NCBI GenBank assembly: GCA_965277805.1
Contig: OZ255842.1
Span: forward strand, 4,224,001-4,288,000
Direction of reading: 5' to 3'
Source of the DNA: Candidatus Lustribacter sp.
Lineage (GTDB): Bacteria; Vulcanimicrobiota; Vulcanimicrobiia; Vulcanimicrobiales; Vulcanimicrobiaceae
DNA length: 64,000 bases
Shown piece by piece: positions 20,209-29,778 of this stretch. Each line of letters begins with the position of its first letter. Position 1 is the stretch's first letter. A program made the translations under genes and the position numbers. The notes beneath the pieces were generated by a model. It worked only from the letters and a program-made list of their open reading frames with translations. It was not told the origin of the DNA and made no database searches.

Positions 20209-20634
20209 ATGGCGATCTATTCCTTCCCGACGTTCGACGACGATTCAAATCTCGCTAATGCTAGCGCCGGTATTTTCATTCACGACGACACGAATCCGCG
20301 CGCGTCGATCGTGTCGGTGTTCGGTGAGGCAACGTTCGCCGATACGGCCACGTTGGAATCGATGGTGGTCAGCGTCGTGCGAATCGGACGGCCCGTCATC
20401 ATCGACTTGCGCGAATGCAGCTATATGGACTGCGCGACGATCGGCGTGATCGTGCGCGCCGCGAAGAATCTGGGCGATCAATTGCGGATCGTGATCCCAG
20501 CGCGCAGCCAAGGATATCGCATGCTCGACCTCACCGGGCTCACACGCGTTCTGAACGTCTTCGAGAACATCGAGAGCGCCGCCGGGCCGATCGACGACGC
20601 ACCGCCTTCACACCTGCGCATCGTCTCTGGTTGA
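20209..20634 (+). CDS. STAS domain protein (anti-sigma factor antagonist-like)
   Basis: VFGE...VIIDLRECSYMDCATIG...LDLTGL. GAGG RBS upstream of the ATG. Confidence 0.82.
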   Translation: MAIYSFPTFDDDSNLANASAGIFIHDDTNPRASIVSVFGEATFADTATLESMVVSVVRIGRPVIIDLRECSYMDCATIGVIVRAAKNLGDQLRIVIPARSQGYRMLDLTGLTRVLNVFENIESAAGPIDDAPPSHLRIVSG

Positions 20635-20667
20635 ACGCTTTTCATCGAGCGCTTCACCGGGTACGGA

Positions 20668-21471
20668 ATGCAGATGACCGCCGTAACCCACCCGTACTTA
20701 CACAATGCTTGGGTCGCCAACCCATTCGACTCCGATGCGGCGAAGCGACATTCATCGTACAGCGGCTTCGATAACGGCGAACTCACGCGACTGCTGGAAA
20801 CGGCCCCGCTCGGGGCGTTCGCACACGTTGCGCACGATGCGTTTCGGGAGTGGGTGCTCGACCCCGAGTTTTCGTGTCTCGCCGGCCGTTCCGCACTCCA
20901 CCGGTCGACCTACCGGTTCGGTGCATACGAACGGCTCGATGACGAAGACGTAACCGCCGGCCTCGCGCGCGACCTCTACGCCTTTGCGGCCGAACGCGCC
21001 GGATTCCGCAGCGGCTTCACGACCTTCGCGGCGGTGTTTCGCGGCGACCGCGACCTCGACGAGCCCGCATTCGAAGCGCGCCTGTGGTCGCAACTCCAGC
21101 GTCTGCACGATCTCGACGCGCGCTATCACCCGTGGGACGAACGCGTCGCGAGCAATCCGGGAGACGCGGAATTCTCGTTCAGCGTCGCCGGAACCGCATA
21201 CTTCGTCGTCGGCATGCATCCGCACGCGTCGCGACGCGCCCGGCGCTTTGCCTGGCCGGCCCTCGTATTCAACGCGCACGATCAATTCGAACAGCTGCGC
21301 AAGGCCGGCACGCTGGCGGGTCTCCAGCGGCAGATCCGTCAGCGGGAAATCGCCCTCGACGGCACCCTCAACGCAAATCTCAGCGAATACGGCGAAGCCT
21401 CCGAAGCGCTGCAATACTCGGGCCGCGCAAACTCAGCGGGGTGGACATGTCCGTTTCGCCCGCAACGATAA
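20668..21471 (+). CDS. YqcI/YcgG family protein (heme-dependent guanidino N-hydroxylase-like)
   Basis: F.CLAG, FEARLWSQLQRLH, FSFSVAG.AYFVVGMHP.ASR.AR, LVFN.H.QF, EA.QYSGR. Confidence 0.75.
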   Translation: MQMTAVTHPYLHNAWVANPFDSDAAKRHSSYSGFDNGELTRLLETAPLGAFAHVAHDAFREWVLDPEFSCLAGRSALHRSTYRFGAYERLDDEDVTAGLARDLYAFAAERAGFRSGFTTFAAVFRGDRDLDEPAFEARLWSQLQRLHDLDARYHPWDERVASNPGDAEFSFSVAGTAYFVVGMHPHASRRARRFAWPALVFNAHDQFEQLRKAGTLAGLQRQIRQREIALDGTLNANLSEYGEASEALQYSGRANSAGWTCPFRPQR

Positions 21472-22091
21472 GCGAGATTCCGCCGCAGAGCGGCGTTGCG
21501 TTCCTGCTGCAAGCCGGTGACGTCCTGCGCGTGATCGACCCGGCCGGCGAGCAGGTCGCCGACCTCACCGCATTCGCGCTCGACGACCGGCGCGAATCGC
21601 TCTCGTCGGGCCGTTCGATCGACTACGCCGAGACGGTCTATCTCACCAGCGGCCACACGCTCTATTCCAACCGCAGCCGCCCGATGTTCACGATCGTGCG
21701 CGACGACGTCGGCCGCCACGACTTCTTGCTCACGCCCTGCAGCCGTGAGACGTTCTCCATCATCTACGGCCATACGGGCGACCACCGGAGTTGCTTCGAC
21801 AACCTCTCGGCGAGCCTGGCCGCGCACGGGATCGATCCCGATGCGATCCCTACGACGTTCAACATCTTCATGAACGTCGAGATCGATCCGGCCGGACGCA
21901 TCGGCGTGCGGCCGCCGCGGTCGCGGGCCGGCGACTGTATCGAACTTCGGGCCGAAATGGACCTCATCGTCGGGCTCACGGCGTGTTCGGCCGAGATGTC
22001 GAACAACTACGCGTTCAAACCAATCTGGTATTCCATCGATCGAGGAAGCAGAACTCCATGGATCAATTCGGCGCATTCGCTCGTACCGTAA
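21447..22091 (+). CDS. DUF1989 / urea carboxylase-associated family protein
   Basis: RVIDPAGEQVADL, LYSNR, HDFLLTPC, CFDNL, FNIFMNV, AEMDLIVGLTACS. Confidence 0.85.
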   Translation: MSVSPATISEIPPQSGVAFLLQAGDVLRVIDPAGEQVADLTAFALDDRRESLSSGRSIDYAETVYLTSGHTLYSNRSRPMFTIVRDDVGRHDFLLTPCSRETFSIIYGHTGDHRSCFDNLSASLAAHGIDPDAIPTTFNIFMNVEIDPAGRIGVRPPRSRAGDCIELRAEMDLIVGLTACSAEMSNNYAFKPIWYSIDRGSRTPWINSAHSLVP

Positions 22092-22423
22092 ACCGTTTTG
22101 TATCGAGCCCGGCAGCAACGGCGACCGCATTTGCGATCGTCATCCTCTGGGCGGCCTGCGGCCCGGCCGCGCACTACTCCGACGGTTGGCAATTGATCAT
22201 CAACACCGGCACGACGATCGTTACGTTTCTGATGGTGTTCGTCCTGAACAACGCGCAGTCGCGTGATACCTCGGCGATCAACTCGAAGCTCGACGCGCTG
22301 ATCGTGGCGCTCGAAGCCGCCGACAACCGCGCCGTCGGCCTCGAATACCGCGCCGACAGCGAAGCGAAGGTCATCGCGGATGAGATCATTGCAAAAGTCG
22401 ATGCGGAGCTGAAGGCGCCCTAA
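22058..22423 (+). CDS. Low-affinity iron permease (Fet4-like) family membrane protein
   Basis: YSDGWQLIINTGTTIVTFLMVFVL.NAQSRD..AI..KLD signature. Confidence 0.85.
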   Translation: MDQFGAFARTVNRFVSSPAATATAFAIVILWAACGPAAHYSDGWQLIINTGTTIVTFLMVFVLNNAQSRDTSAINSKLDALIVALEAADNRAVGLEYRADSEAKVIADEIIAKVDAELKAP

Positions 22424-22812
22424 TCGCCGCTTCGCGGTTCCAGCAGTTCGACCGGAATGCCGTTGGGATCTTCGACGAACGCGATCCAGCGGTTGCCGCT
22501 GGGCGGCTTCTTCGGTTCGGTGAGAATCTTCACGCCGAGGCCGCGCAAACGTTCGATCGTGCTCTTCATATCGCCGTCGATTTCCAGCGCGAGGTGCTCG
22601 TAGCGGTTGCCGATCGCGTACGGCGGATGGTCTTCCAAATCGTAGACGAGCTCGATGTACGCGTTCCAATCGCTGCCCACGAACGCCATGTCGGCGTTGC
22701 CCGGATAGTGGTTCGGGCCGCCCAGCAACTTCAGCCCGAGTTTGTTGGTGTAGAAATCGATCGACGCCGCCATATCGTTGACGAAGATCGACGTGTGCAG
22801 ATAGCGTGCCAT
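22420..22812 (-). CDS. VOC family protein (lactoylglutathione lyase-like)
   Basis: YLHTSIFV.D...SIDFY, IEL.Y, GNRYEHLA, FVEDPNG..VEL. Confidence 0.85.
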   Translation of the reverse strand: MARYLHTSIFVNDMAASIDFYTNKLGLKLLGGPNHYPGNADMAFVGSDWNAYIELVYDLEDHPPYAIGNRYEHLALEIDGDMKSTIERLRGLGVKILTEPKKPPSGNRWIAFVEDPNGIPVELLEPRSGD

Positions 22813-22847
22813 AGGGGCTCCATTTCGGATTCAAGAACGTGCGGCCT

Positions 22848-23561
22848 ATGCCGATTGTCTTGAACGACGTCTCGATCCCCGTTTCCGGCGGCGTCATGCC
22901 GGCGTTTATGGGGTTTCCCGAGGTTACGCCCGCGCCCGCGGTCATCATCGTGCCGTCGGTGTTCGGCATCGTGCAAGCGGCGAAGGATACGGTCGAGATG
23001 TTCGCCGCCAACGGCTACATCGCGATCGTGCTGGATGTGTTCTTCCGCACGATTCCCGGGCCGAAGAGCATGGCCGACAAAACCGAGTTCGCGCAGGCAC
23101 TCCAGCGCAACGATCGCTTCGATGCCGGGCAAGGCCAACGCGACATGGAAGCGGCGCGCGATTACGCACTCGCGTTGCCGCAGTGCAACGGGAAGTGGGC
23201 GATGATCGGCTACTGCTTCGGCGGGCGCTACACGCTGCGTGCCGGCGCCTACATGGGCGCCGACGCCGTCGCGGCATTTCATCCGTCGAAAATGGGCCTC
23301 GAACTCGACGCCGCGGCGGCGATGCGCGTGCCCGCGAGCTTTCATTTCGGCGGGGCGGATCCGCAAGTACCGCTCTCCGAGATCGAGGCGGTGCGACGCG
23401 CGCTGGCCGGCAATTCGCGCGCCGAGACGTACGTTTATCCGGGCGTGGGCCACGGTTTCACGAGCCCCGGCGGAGCGTCGTACGATGCCGGCGTGGCCCA
23501 AGTATCACTCGAGCGTACGCTGCTCATGCTCGAACAGCTGAAGTCGACCGTCTCTGCCTAA
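22848..23561 (+). CDS. Dienelactone hydrolase family protein
   Basis: GYCFGG nucleophile elbow; FGGADPQVP; YPGVGHGF. Confidence 0.9.
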   Translation: MPIVLNDVSIPVSGGVMPAFMGFPEVTPAPAVIIVPSVFGIVQAAKDTVEMFAANGYIAIVLDVFFRTIPGPKSMADKTEFAQALQRNDRFDAGQGQRDMEAARDYALALPQCNGKWAMIGYCFGGRYTLRAGAYMGADAVAAFHPSKMGLELDAAAAMRVPASFHFGGADPQVPLSEIEAVRRALAGNSRAETYVYPGVGHGFTSPGGASYDAGVAQVSLERTLLMLEQLKSTVSA

Positions 23562-23842
23562 ATTCCGGAGAAATGGGCCGTGGCCCACGGCGCGGTCAGC
23601 GCGACGCCGACGAGGAACGCCGCGATGAAGATCGCCGCCTGCCGTAACGCACCGAAGCCGAAGAGCGCGAGCGGCAGCGGCGCGATGTAGAGCGCCTCGA
23701 CGCCGATATCGTGGAACGGCTGCAGCGCGATCGAGCCGTCGAGCCCGTACTGTACCCACAGCGCATCCGCAATGCGATCCACGGCGCCGAGCACCAGCGC
23801 GTAGCCGATCAGCCGGATGATGAAGCCCGCGATCGCGCCCAC
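23558..23842 (-). CDS. Small hypothetical membrane protein
   Basis: 94 aa with about three hydrophobic segments; starts 1 nt after the purH stop. Confidence 0.55.
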   Translation of the reverse strand: MGAIAGFIIRLIGYALVLGAVDRIADALWVQYGLDGSIALQPFHDIGVEALYIAPLPLALFGFGALRQAAIFIAAFLVGVALTAPWATAHFSGI

Positions 23843-23843
23843 G

Positions 23844-25424
23844 TTAGTGCAGGAAGTAGCGGTAGGTCGAGAAGACCAGCGCGATGCCGCGCTCGTCGGC
23901 GGCCGCGATCACTTCCGCGTCGCGGATCGAGCCGCCCGGGGCGATGACCGCGCTGCAGCCGGCGTCGACCGCGGCGATCAGCCCGTCGGGGAACGGAAAG
24001 AACCCGTCGCTGGCACACGCCGCGCCTTGGGAAAATTCACCGGCCCGCTCGCCGGCGATCCGTACTGCGCTCACCCGGTTTGTTTGCCCAGCACAGATGC
24101 CGCGCGAAACCACGTCGCGCACGACCGCCACGCCGTTGGACTTCACGTGGCGCACGATGTCCCAGGCGAAGATCAAATCGCGCCACTCGGCTGCGGTGGG
24201 CGGGCGTTTGGAAACCACGCGCCAGGTCTCGGGTTCGGCCTTCGGGTCGTCGTCTTCGGCCAGCACACCGCCCAGTGCCGAACGCACGCGCAGCTCGGTT
24301 GCGATGCGCTGCGGCATGCCCGCATCGTAGCGCATGATGCGCAAGTCCTTGCGCCGCTTGAGGCGTTCGAGCGCGTCGTCGTCGAAGGCCGGGGCGGCCA
24401 CGATTTCGAGGAAGAATCCGCGCAGCGCTTCGGCCGTCGCGAGATCGATCGTCCCGTCGACGGCGATGATCCCGCCGTAGGCCGAGGTCGGATCGGCGTC
24501 GACTGCGGCCCGCACGGCTTCCGCCACGGTGGCGCGTTCGGCAACACCGCACGGCACCGTATGCTTCACGATCGCGGCCCGGCAATACGCGCGGTTGAGT
24601 TCCGCCGGCGGCGGGTCGATGCCGACGTGCGCACGCACCAAGAGCCGCAGCGTGGCATCGAGGTCGAGCAAATTGTTGTAAGAGAGCGCTTTGCCCCAGA
24701 GCTGTTCGGGCAGTTGCGTCTCGCGCGCGAGATAGAACGCGGCGCGGTCCTGCGGGTTCTCGCCGTACCGCAACGGCTGTTCGATCGGGATCGAGAGCGC
24801 GAGCGAGCCCGGCAATTCGTTGGCCAACAGCCCCGACTCCATGTAGCGTGAAATCGCGGAGTCATACTCGGCCGTGCGTTCGAACGCGCGCGTCGCGAGC
24901 CGTCGCCGCGCGTCGCGTTCGAGTCCCTGCGGCAGCGCTGCGATCAGTTCGCCGTACTGCTCGGGATCGCTGAGCACGGTGACGCGATCGAAGTTCTTCG
25001 CCGCGGCGCGCAACAAGGAGACGCCGCCGATGTCGATCTGCTCGATCGCTTCTTGCAGCGTTGCGCCGGCCCGCGCGACGGTCGATTCGAACGGGTAGAG
25101 ATTCACGACGATCGTGGATAGCAGCGGAATCTTGTGTTCCGCAGCTTCGGCTTCGTGCACGGCACTCGTGGTATCGCGCAGGATCCCGCCGAACACGTTC
25201 GGGTGCAGCGTTTTCACGCGGCCGTCGAAGAGCGCCGGAAAACCGGTGAGGTCTTCCACGTCGTGTACGGTCAAGCCGGCCGCGCGCAAATGCGCGGCCG
25301 AACCGCCGGTCGCATAGATCGTGGTTCCGGCTTCGATCAGTTTGCTAGCGAGTTCGACAACGCCCGTGCGGTCGTAGACCGAGATGAGCGCCGCAGCGTT
25401 ATCCGGCAACGAGGGCCTCTTCAC
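23844..25424 (-). CDS. purH: Bifunctional AICAR transformylase/IMP cyclohydrolase
   Basis: GRVKTLHP, IDIGG, LRYGENPQ, LSYNN, VKSN, SDGFFPF, PGGSIRD. Confidence 0.97.
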   Translation of the reverse strand: MKRPSLPDNAAALISVYDRTGVVELASKLIEAGTTIYATGGSAAHLRAAGLTVHDVEDLTGFPALFDGRVKTLHPNVFGGILRDTTSAVHEAEAAEHKIPLLSTIVVNLYPFESTVARAGATLQEAIEQIDIGGVSLLRAAAKNFDRVTVLSDPEQYGELIAALPQGLERDARRRLATRAFERTAEYDSAISRYMESGLLANELPGSLALSIPIEQPLRYGENPQDRAAFYLARETQLPEQLWGKALSYNNLLDLDATLRLLVRAHVGIDPPPAELNRAYCRAAIVKHTVPCGVAERATVAEAVRAAVDADPTSAYGGIIAVDGTIDLATAEALRGFFLEIVAAPAFDDDALERLKRRKDLRIMRYDAGMPQRIATELRVRSALGGVLAEDDDPKAEPETWRVVSKRPPTAAEWRDLIFAWDIVRHVKSNGVAVVRDVVSRGICAGQTNRVSAVRIAGERAGEFSQGAACASDGFFPFPDGLIAAVDAGCSAVIAPGGSIRDAEVIAAADERGIALVFSTYRYFLH

Positions 25425-28400
25425 GCGCGGATTCGCTCGGATCGTTCCGGTTGAGTTCGGCCGAGATGATCGACGACACGCCCGGTTCTTGCATCGTCAC
25501 GCCGTACATACGCGAGGCGAGTTCCATCGTTTTCTTGTTGTGCGTGACGATCAGCATCTGCGAATCGTTCGAGAGCTCGCGAATCATGGCCGAGAGCCGG
25601 TCGACGTTGGCGTCGTCGAGGGCGGCATCGACCTCGTCGAGCAGATAGAACGGCGACGGCTTGACGCGGATGAGCGCGAAGATCAACGCTGCGGCCGTCA
25701 TCGCGCGTTCGCCGCCCGAGAGCGCCGTCAGCGGCGTCATCTTCTTGCCGGGCGGCTGCACGGCGATTTCGATGCCGGTCTCCGAGAGATGCTCGGGATC
25801 GGTCTGCCACATCTTCGCTTCGCCGCCGGGGAACAATTGGCCGAACGTTTCGGAGAAACGCGCGCTCACCAGCGCGAACGTTTCGTTGAACTGCACTTGA
25901 CTCGAGAGCTCGATCTCGGCGATCGTTGCCAAGAGCGTCTCGCGCGCCTTCTGCAGATCGTCCATCTGCTCGCGCAGGAAGCGCTCGCGTTCGACCAGTT
26001 CGTCACGGTCGGCCTCGGCGTTGAGGTTGACGTTCGCGCTCAAACGCGCGAGCTCTTCGCGCAGCCGCGGCAGCTCGTCGATCACGTCGTCGGGTTCGTT
26101 CGCGTAGCGTTCCACGACGTCGCGCTGCTCGTCGTCGGTCGCCGGATTCTGGGCGAAGGTCTGCACGAGCATGCCGAGTTCGGCATCGATCTCGGCCAAC
26201 CGCCGGCGCGACCCTTCGCCCGCCGCCGTCGCCTCGCGGTCTTCGTTTTGGGCGATGCGCTCGTCGGCTTCGCGCTGCGCCAAGTCGTTGGCGGTCGCTT
26301 CGCGGCGCGCGTTGGCGTCGTTGACCGCGGCGTCGGCCGCCGCCACCGCTTCGCGCGTGACGGCCAAGCGTTCGGATTCCGCCGCGATCGCTTCGCGCAG
26401 CCGTTCGAGTTCGTGCGCGGTCGCCTCGCGCGTTGCCGCGACGCGCTCGGAATCGGCGTCCAGTAAGCCCAAGCGCGTCGCGTGGCCTTCGCGCTCGGTG
26501 TTCAGCGACGCGATCGTTTCGCGCAACGAGCCGGCCTCAGCGGCAACTTCGTGCTGCACGCCTTCCGTCTGCGCGATCGTCTCGCGCGCCGACTCCAGCG
26601 CCGCGACCAGCGCTTCGCGACGTCCTTCCAGATCGTCCGCGTCGAGCGCGGTCCCCTCGAGTGCTGCAAAGGTCTGCTGCGCGGCTTCGAGTTCGTGCTC
26701 GGCCGTCGTGACGCGCTCGCCGATCACGTTGAGTTCACCGTCGATGCGCGCGATCTCGGCTTCCGCGCCGCCGCGGCGCGCGCTGGCATCGCGCAGTGCG
26801 GCTTCGGCTTCGCCGGCCGCCGTTACGGCCGCATCGCGCGCCGCTGCCGCGGCGTCCATGTCGGCTTTGGCCGCGAGGCCGTCGCGTTCGATCGTTTCCA
26901 GCTCGGCGCGCAACTGCGGGATGCGTTCGCGCAGCGACTGCGCCTGCGCGCGCCGGCCGAGGATCGAGCGTTCGCGCCGGTAACGGCCGCCGGTGATCGC
27001 GCCGCCGCCGAGGATCTGTTCGCCCTCGAGCGTGACGATCGAATCGCGGAAGTTCTCGCCGCGCACGAGCGCGATGCCGGTGCGCAGTTCGTCGACCACG
27101 AGCACGCGGCCGACCAGAAACGACACGATCCCGCGGAAGCGCTCTTCGCTGCGCACCAGTTCGTGCGCGTAGCCGACGATGCCGGGGCGGCCTTGCAGCC
27201 GGCCGAGGGTGTGGCCGTCGCGATTCGCCAGCGTGTCGAGCGGCAGAAACGTCGCACGGCCCGCTTCGCGTTCGCGCAAGTAGGCGATCGCGCGTTCCGC
27301 ATCTTCGCTGGTAGCGGTGACGATGTTGGAGAGGCCCGCCCCGAACGCGACGTCGAGCGCGCGCGCGTAGCGTTCGTCGACTTCGATCAGGTTGGAAACC
27401 ACGCCGTGCAACCCGGTGAGATCGCCGCGCGCGGCCGCCTCGACGACGGCGCGCGTGCCGGGAACGTGGCCTTCGAGCGTGGCTTCGAGTTCTTCGATCG
27501 TGTGCAGCCGCGATTCCGACGCGGCCAGGTCGCTCGCGACGCTGCGATAGCGCGCCTGCAGTTCGGCCACGCGCACCGTGGCCGCTTCGCCGCGGGCCAC
27601 TTGCGCCGTTGCCTGTTCGCGCTGCGCCGTTGCGTCGCGTTCGTAACGCGCGATCAGCACGTCGCACTCATCGAGCACCGCGCGCGTTTCAGCCGCGCGC
27701 GCGGTCAGACGCGTGCGCTCGCCGTCCAGCCGGCTGCGTTCGCCGGTGAGGCGCGCGATGTCGCTTTGCGTGCTCGCCAAACGCGCCCGGCGTTCGGCCT
27801 CGCTCGCCGCGCGTTCGGCGACGATCGCCTCGACCGCGCGTAAGTCGGCGTAGATCGTGTCGAGTGCGCCGCGCGCATCGGCCACGGCTTGCGTGGCAAC
27901 GGCCTCGCGCGTGCGCACTTCGTCGGCGCGCAACGTCAGGGGATCGAGCTGCGCGGTCAGTTCTTCGATGCGCGCACGCAGGCGTTCGCGCTCGCTCTCG
28001 ACGCGGTCGCGGTCGGCGATGCTGGCGTGCGACTGCGCGTCGAGCGCGTCGCGGCGCGCGGCGGCGGCGGCGAGATCGGCTTCGATGCGCGATGTCACCT
28101 CGCGCGTGCGCTGCGCTTCGACGCGGCGTTCTTCGCGTTCGAGTTCGAGCGTATAGAGTTTCGAGCGCAGCGTTTCGGCTTCGGCGCCCAGCGTCGCGGC
28201 GCGCGCGGCCGCGCCGGCGCGAATGTCTTCGTTGCGCGACGCATCGGCGGCGACGCGTTCGCGTTCTTCGCGCCGCGACGCGCTCGCGCGCAAGTACGAA
28301 AGGATCTCGAGATCGCGCACGCGGGCGGTCACGCGCCGATAGCGTTTTGCTCGGCGCACTTGCGTATCGAGCTCGGGCACGCGGCGTTCGAGTTCGGCCA

Positions 28401-28983
28401 GCAAATCGTTGACGCGGATCGCGTTCTGTTCGGTCGCATCGAGCCGGCGCATCGATTCCGCTTTCCGGGCGAGGAATTTGCCGATGCCGGCGGTCTCTTC
28501 GAAGAGCGCCCGGCGTTCGGTCGGCTTCGAGGAGAGGATCGCGTCGATCTGACCTTGCGAGACGATCGCATACGAACCCGGCCCGAGACCCGTGCCCATC
28601 AGCATCTCGATCACGTCGCGCAACCGCACCGCGCTGCGGTTGATGAAGAATTCCGATTCGCCGACCCGGTAGGCGCGGCGCGTGATCTGGACTTCGGCGA
28701 AGTCGAGCGGCAAGGCGCGGTCGCTGTTGTCGAACGTCAGCGAGACCTCGGCCATGCCGAGCGGCTTGCGCGTCGTGTTGCCGGCAAAGATGACGTCTTC
28801 CAGATGCTGCGAGCGCAGCTGGCGCGTGTTCTGCTCGCCCAGCACCCAGCGGATCGCGTCGACGAGGTTCGACTTGCCCGAGCCGTTCGGGCCGACGACC
28901 GCCGTGATCCCCGCGTTGAACTCGAGCGTGGTGGACTCGGCGAACGTCTTGAAGCCGAAAACTTTGAGGGTTTTGAGTCGCAT
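25399..28983 (-). CDS. smc: Chromosome segregation protein SMC
   Basis: GFKTF, GPNGSGKSN, long coiled coils, hinge (GRATFLPL), LSGGE, LLDEVDAALD. Confidence 0.97.
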   Translation of the reverse strand: MRLKTLKVFGFKTFAESTTLEFNAGITAVVGPNGSGKSNLVDAIRWVLGEQNTRQLRSQHLEDVIFAGNTTRKPLGMAEVSLTFDNSDRALPLDFAEVQITRRAYRVGESEFFINRSAVRLRDVIEMLMGTGLGPGSYAIVSQGQIDAILSSKPTERRALFEETAGIGKFLARKAESMRRLDATEQNAIRVNDLLAELERRVPELDTQVRRAKRYRRVTARVRDLEILSYLRASASRREERERVAADASRNEDIRAGAAARAATLGAEAETLRSKLYTLELEREERRVEAQRTREVTSRIEADLAAAAARRDALDAQSHASIADRDRVESERERLRARIEELTAQLDPLTLRADEVRTREAVATQAVADARGALDTIYADLRAVEAIVAERAASEAERRARLASTQSDIARLTGERSRLDGERTRLTARAAETRAVLDECDVLIARYERDATAQREQATAQVARGEAATVRVAELQARYRSVASDLAASESRLHTIEELEATLEGHVPGTRAVVEAAARGDLTGLHGVVSNLIEVDERYARALDVAFGAGLSNIVTATSEDAERAIAYLREREAGRATFLPLDTLANRDGHTLGRLQGRPGIVGYAHELVRSEERFRGIVSFLVGRVLVVDELRTGIALVRGENFRDSIVTLEGEQILGGGAITGGRYRRERSILGRRAQAQSLRERIPQLRAELETIERDGLAAKADMDAAAAARDAAVTAAGEAEAALRDASARRGGAEAEIARIDGELNVIGERVTTAEHELEAAQQTFAALEGTALDADDLEGRREALVAALESARETIAQTEGVQHEVAAEAGSLRETIASLNTEREGHATRLGLLDADSERVAATREATAHELERLREAIAAESERLAVTREAVAAADAAVNDANARREATANDLAQREADERIAQNEDREATAAGEGSRRRLAEIDAELGMLVQTFAQNPATDDEQRDVVERYANEPDDVIDELPRLREELARLSANVNLNAEADRDELVERERFLREQMDDLQKARETLLATIAEIELSSQVQFNETFALVSARFSETFGQLFPGGEAKMWQTDPEHLSETGIEIAVQPPGKKMTPLTALSGGERAMTAAALIFALIRVKPSPFYLLDEVDAALDDANVDRLSAMIRELSNDSQMLIVTHNKKTMELASRMYGVTMQEPGVSSIISAELNRNDPSESAREEALVAG

Positions 28984-28989
28984 CGGTAG

Positions 28990-29778
28990 TTAGGGTGCCT
29001 TCGTTCGATTGCGGGACGGGCGAAGCGCGATGACGCGCCCCTCCGGTGGGGGTGACGGCGGCGGTGATTCCGGCGGCTCGGGTTCGGGATGACGGTTGCG
29101 CAGGTATGCCAGTGCCATGGCGGCCGCACTCTGCTGAGCCGCTTTCTTCGACGCCCCGATGCCTTCGCCCACGATCTCATCGGCAATTCGAACCTGAGAG
29201 GTGAAGCGCCGGTCGTGCGGCGGGCCCTCGGCCCGCTCGAAGTAGATCGGGGCCACAGCGAACCGGGCCTGGGTGAACTCCTGGAGGGCGGTCTTGGCGT
29301 CGCTGTCGGCGGCGTCGGCGTGGTCGGCGTGCACGAAGTGCTGCGCTTCGAGGAAGCGGGCCACGCGTTCCACGTCGGTCGCGAGATACAGCGCCCCGAT
29401 GTAGGCCTCGAAGACGTCGGCCAGCACCGAGGTGTTGGATGCGCCGCCGTCCTGCTGCATGCCGACCCCCAGGCGCACGATGTCGCCCAGGTCGAGGCGC
29501 CGGGCCGACTGGGCGCAGGCGTCGCCGCTGACGATCGATGCGCGGCGGCGGCTCAGTTCGCCCTCGCCGGCATCGGGGTAGCGGCTCCAGAGCCAGCGCG
29601 AGGTGAGAAAGCCGAGGATCGCGTCGCCGAAGAACTCGAGCCGCTGGTTGGAGGGGCCTGCGCCTTCGCTCGATGCGCTCTCGTGCACGAACGCCGCTTC
29701 GACCGCCGACGGATCCAGTTCGGGCGCACCGCTCAGCTTGAGCAGCGCGGTGATGCGGCGCCTATGCTGGGATGACAT
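28990..29778 (-). CDS. rnc: Ribonuclease III
   Basis: NQRLEFFGDAIL, ADVFEAYIGA, dsRBD (KTALQE...G.SKKAAQQ.AA). Confidence 0.95.
   Translation of the reverse strand: MSSQHRRRITALLKLSGAPELDPSAVEAAFVHESASSEGAGPSNQRLEFFGDAILGFLTSRWLWSRYPDAGEGELSRRRASIVSGDACAQSARRLDLGDIVRLGVGMQQDGGASNTSVLADVFEAYIGALYLATDVERVARFLEAQHFVHADHADAADSDAKTALQEFTQARFAVAPIYFERAEGPPHDRRFTSQVRIADEIVGEGIGASKKAAQQSAAAMALAYLRNRHPEPEPPESPPPSPPPEGRVIALRPSRNRTKAP

Noticed and set aside
20078-20667. Possible guanidine riboswitch upstream of the YqcI/DUF1989 pair
   Set aside because: No ykkC or tandem ACGR-loop hairpins recognisable; only a 33-bp spacer directly upstream.
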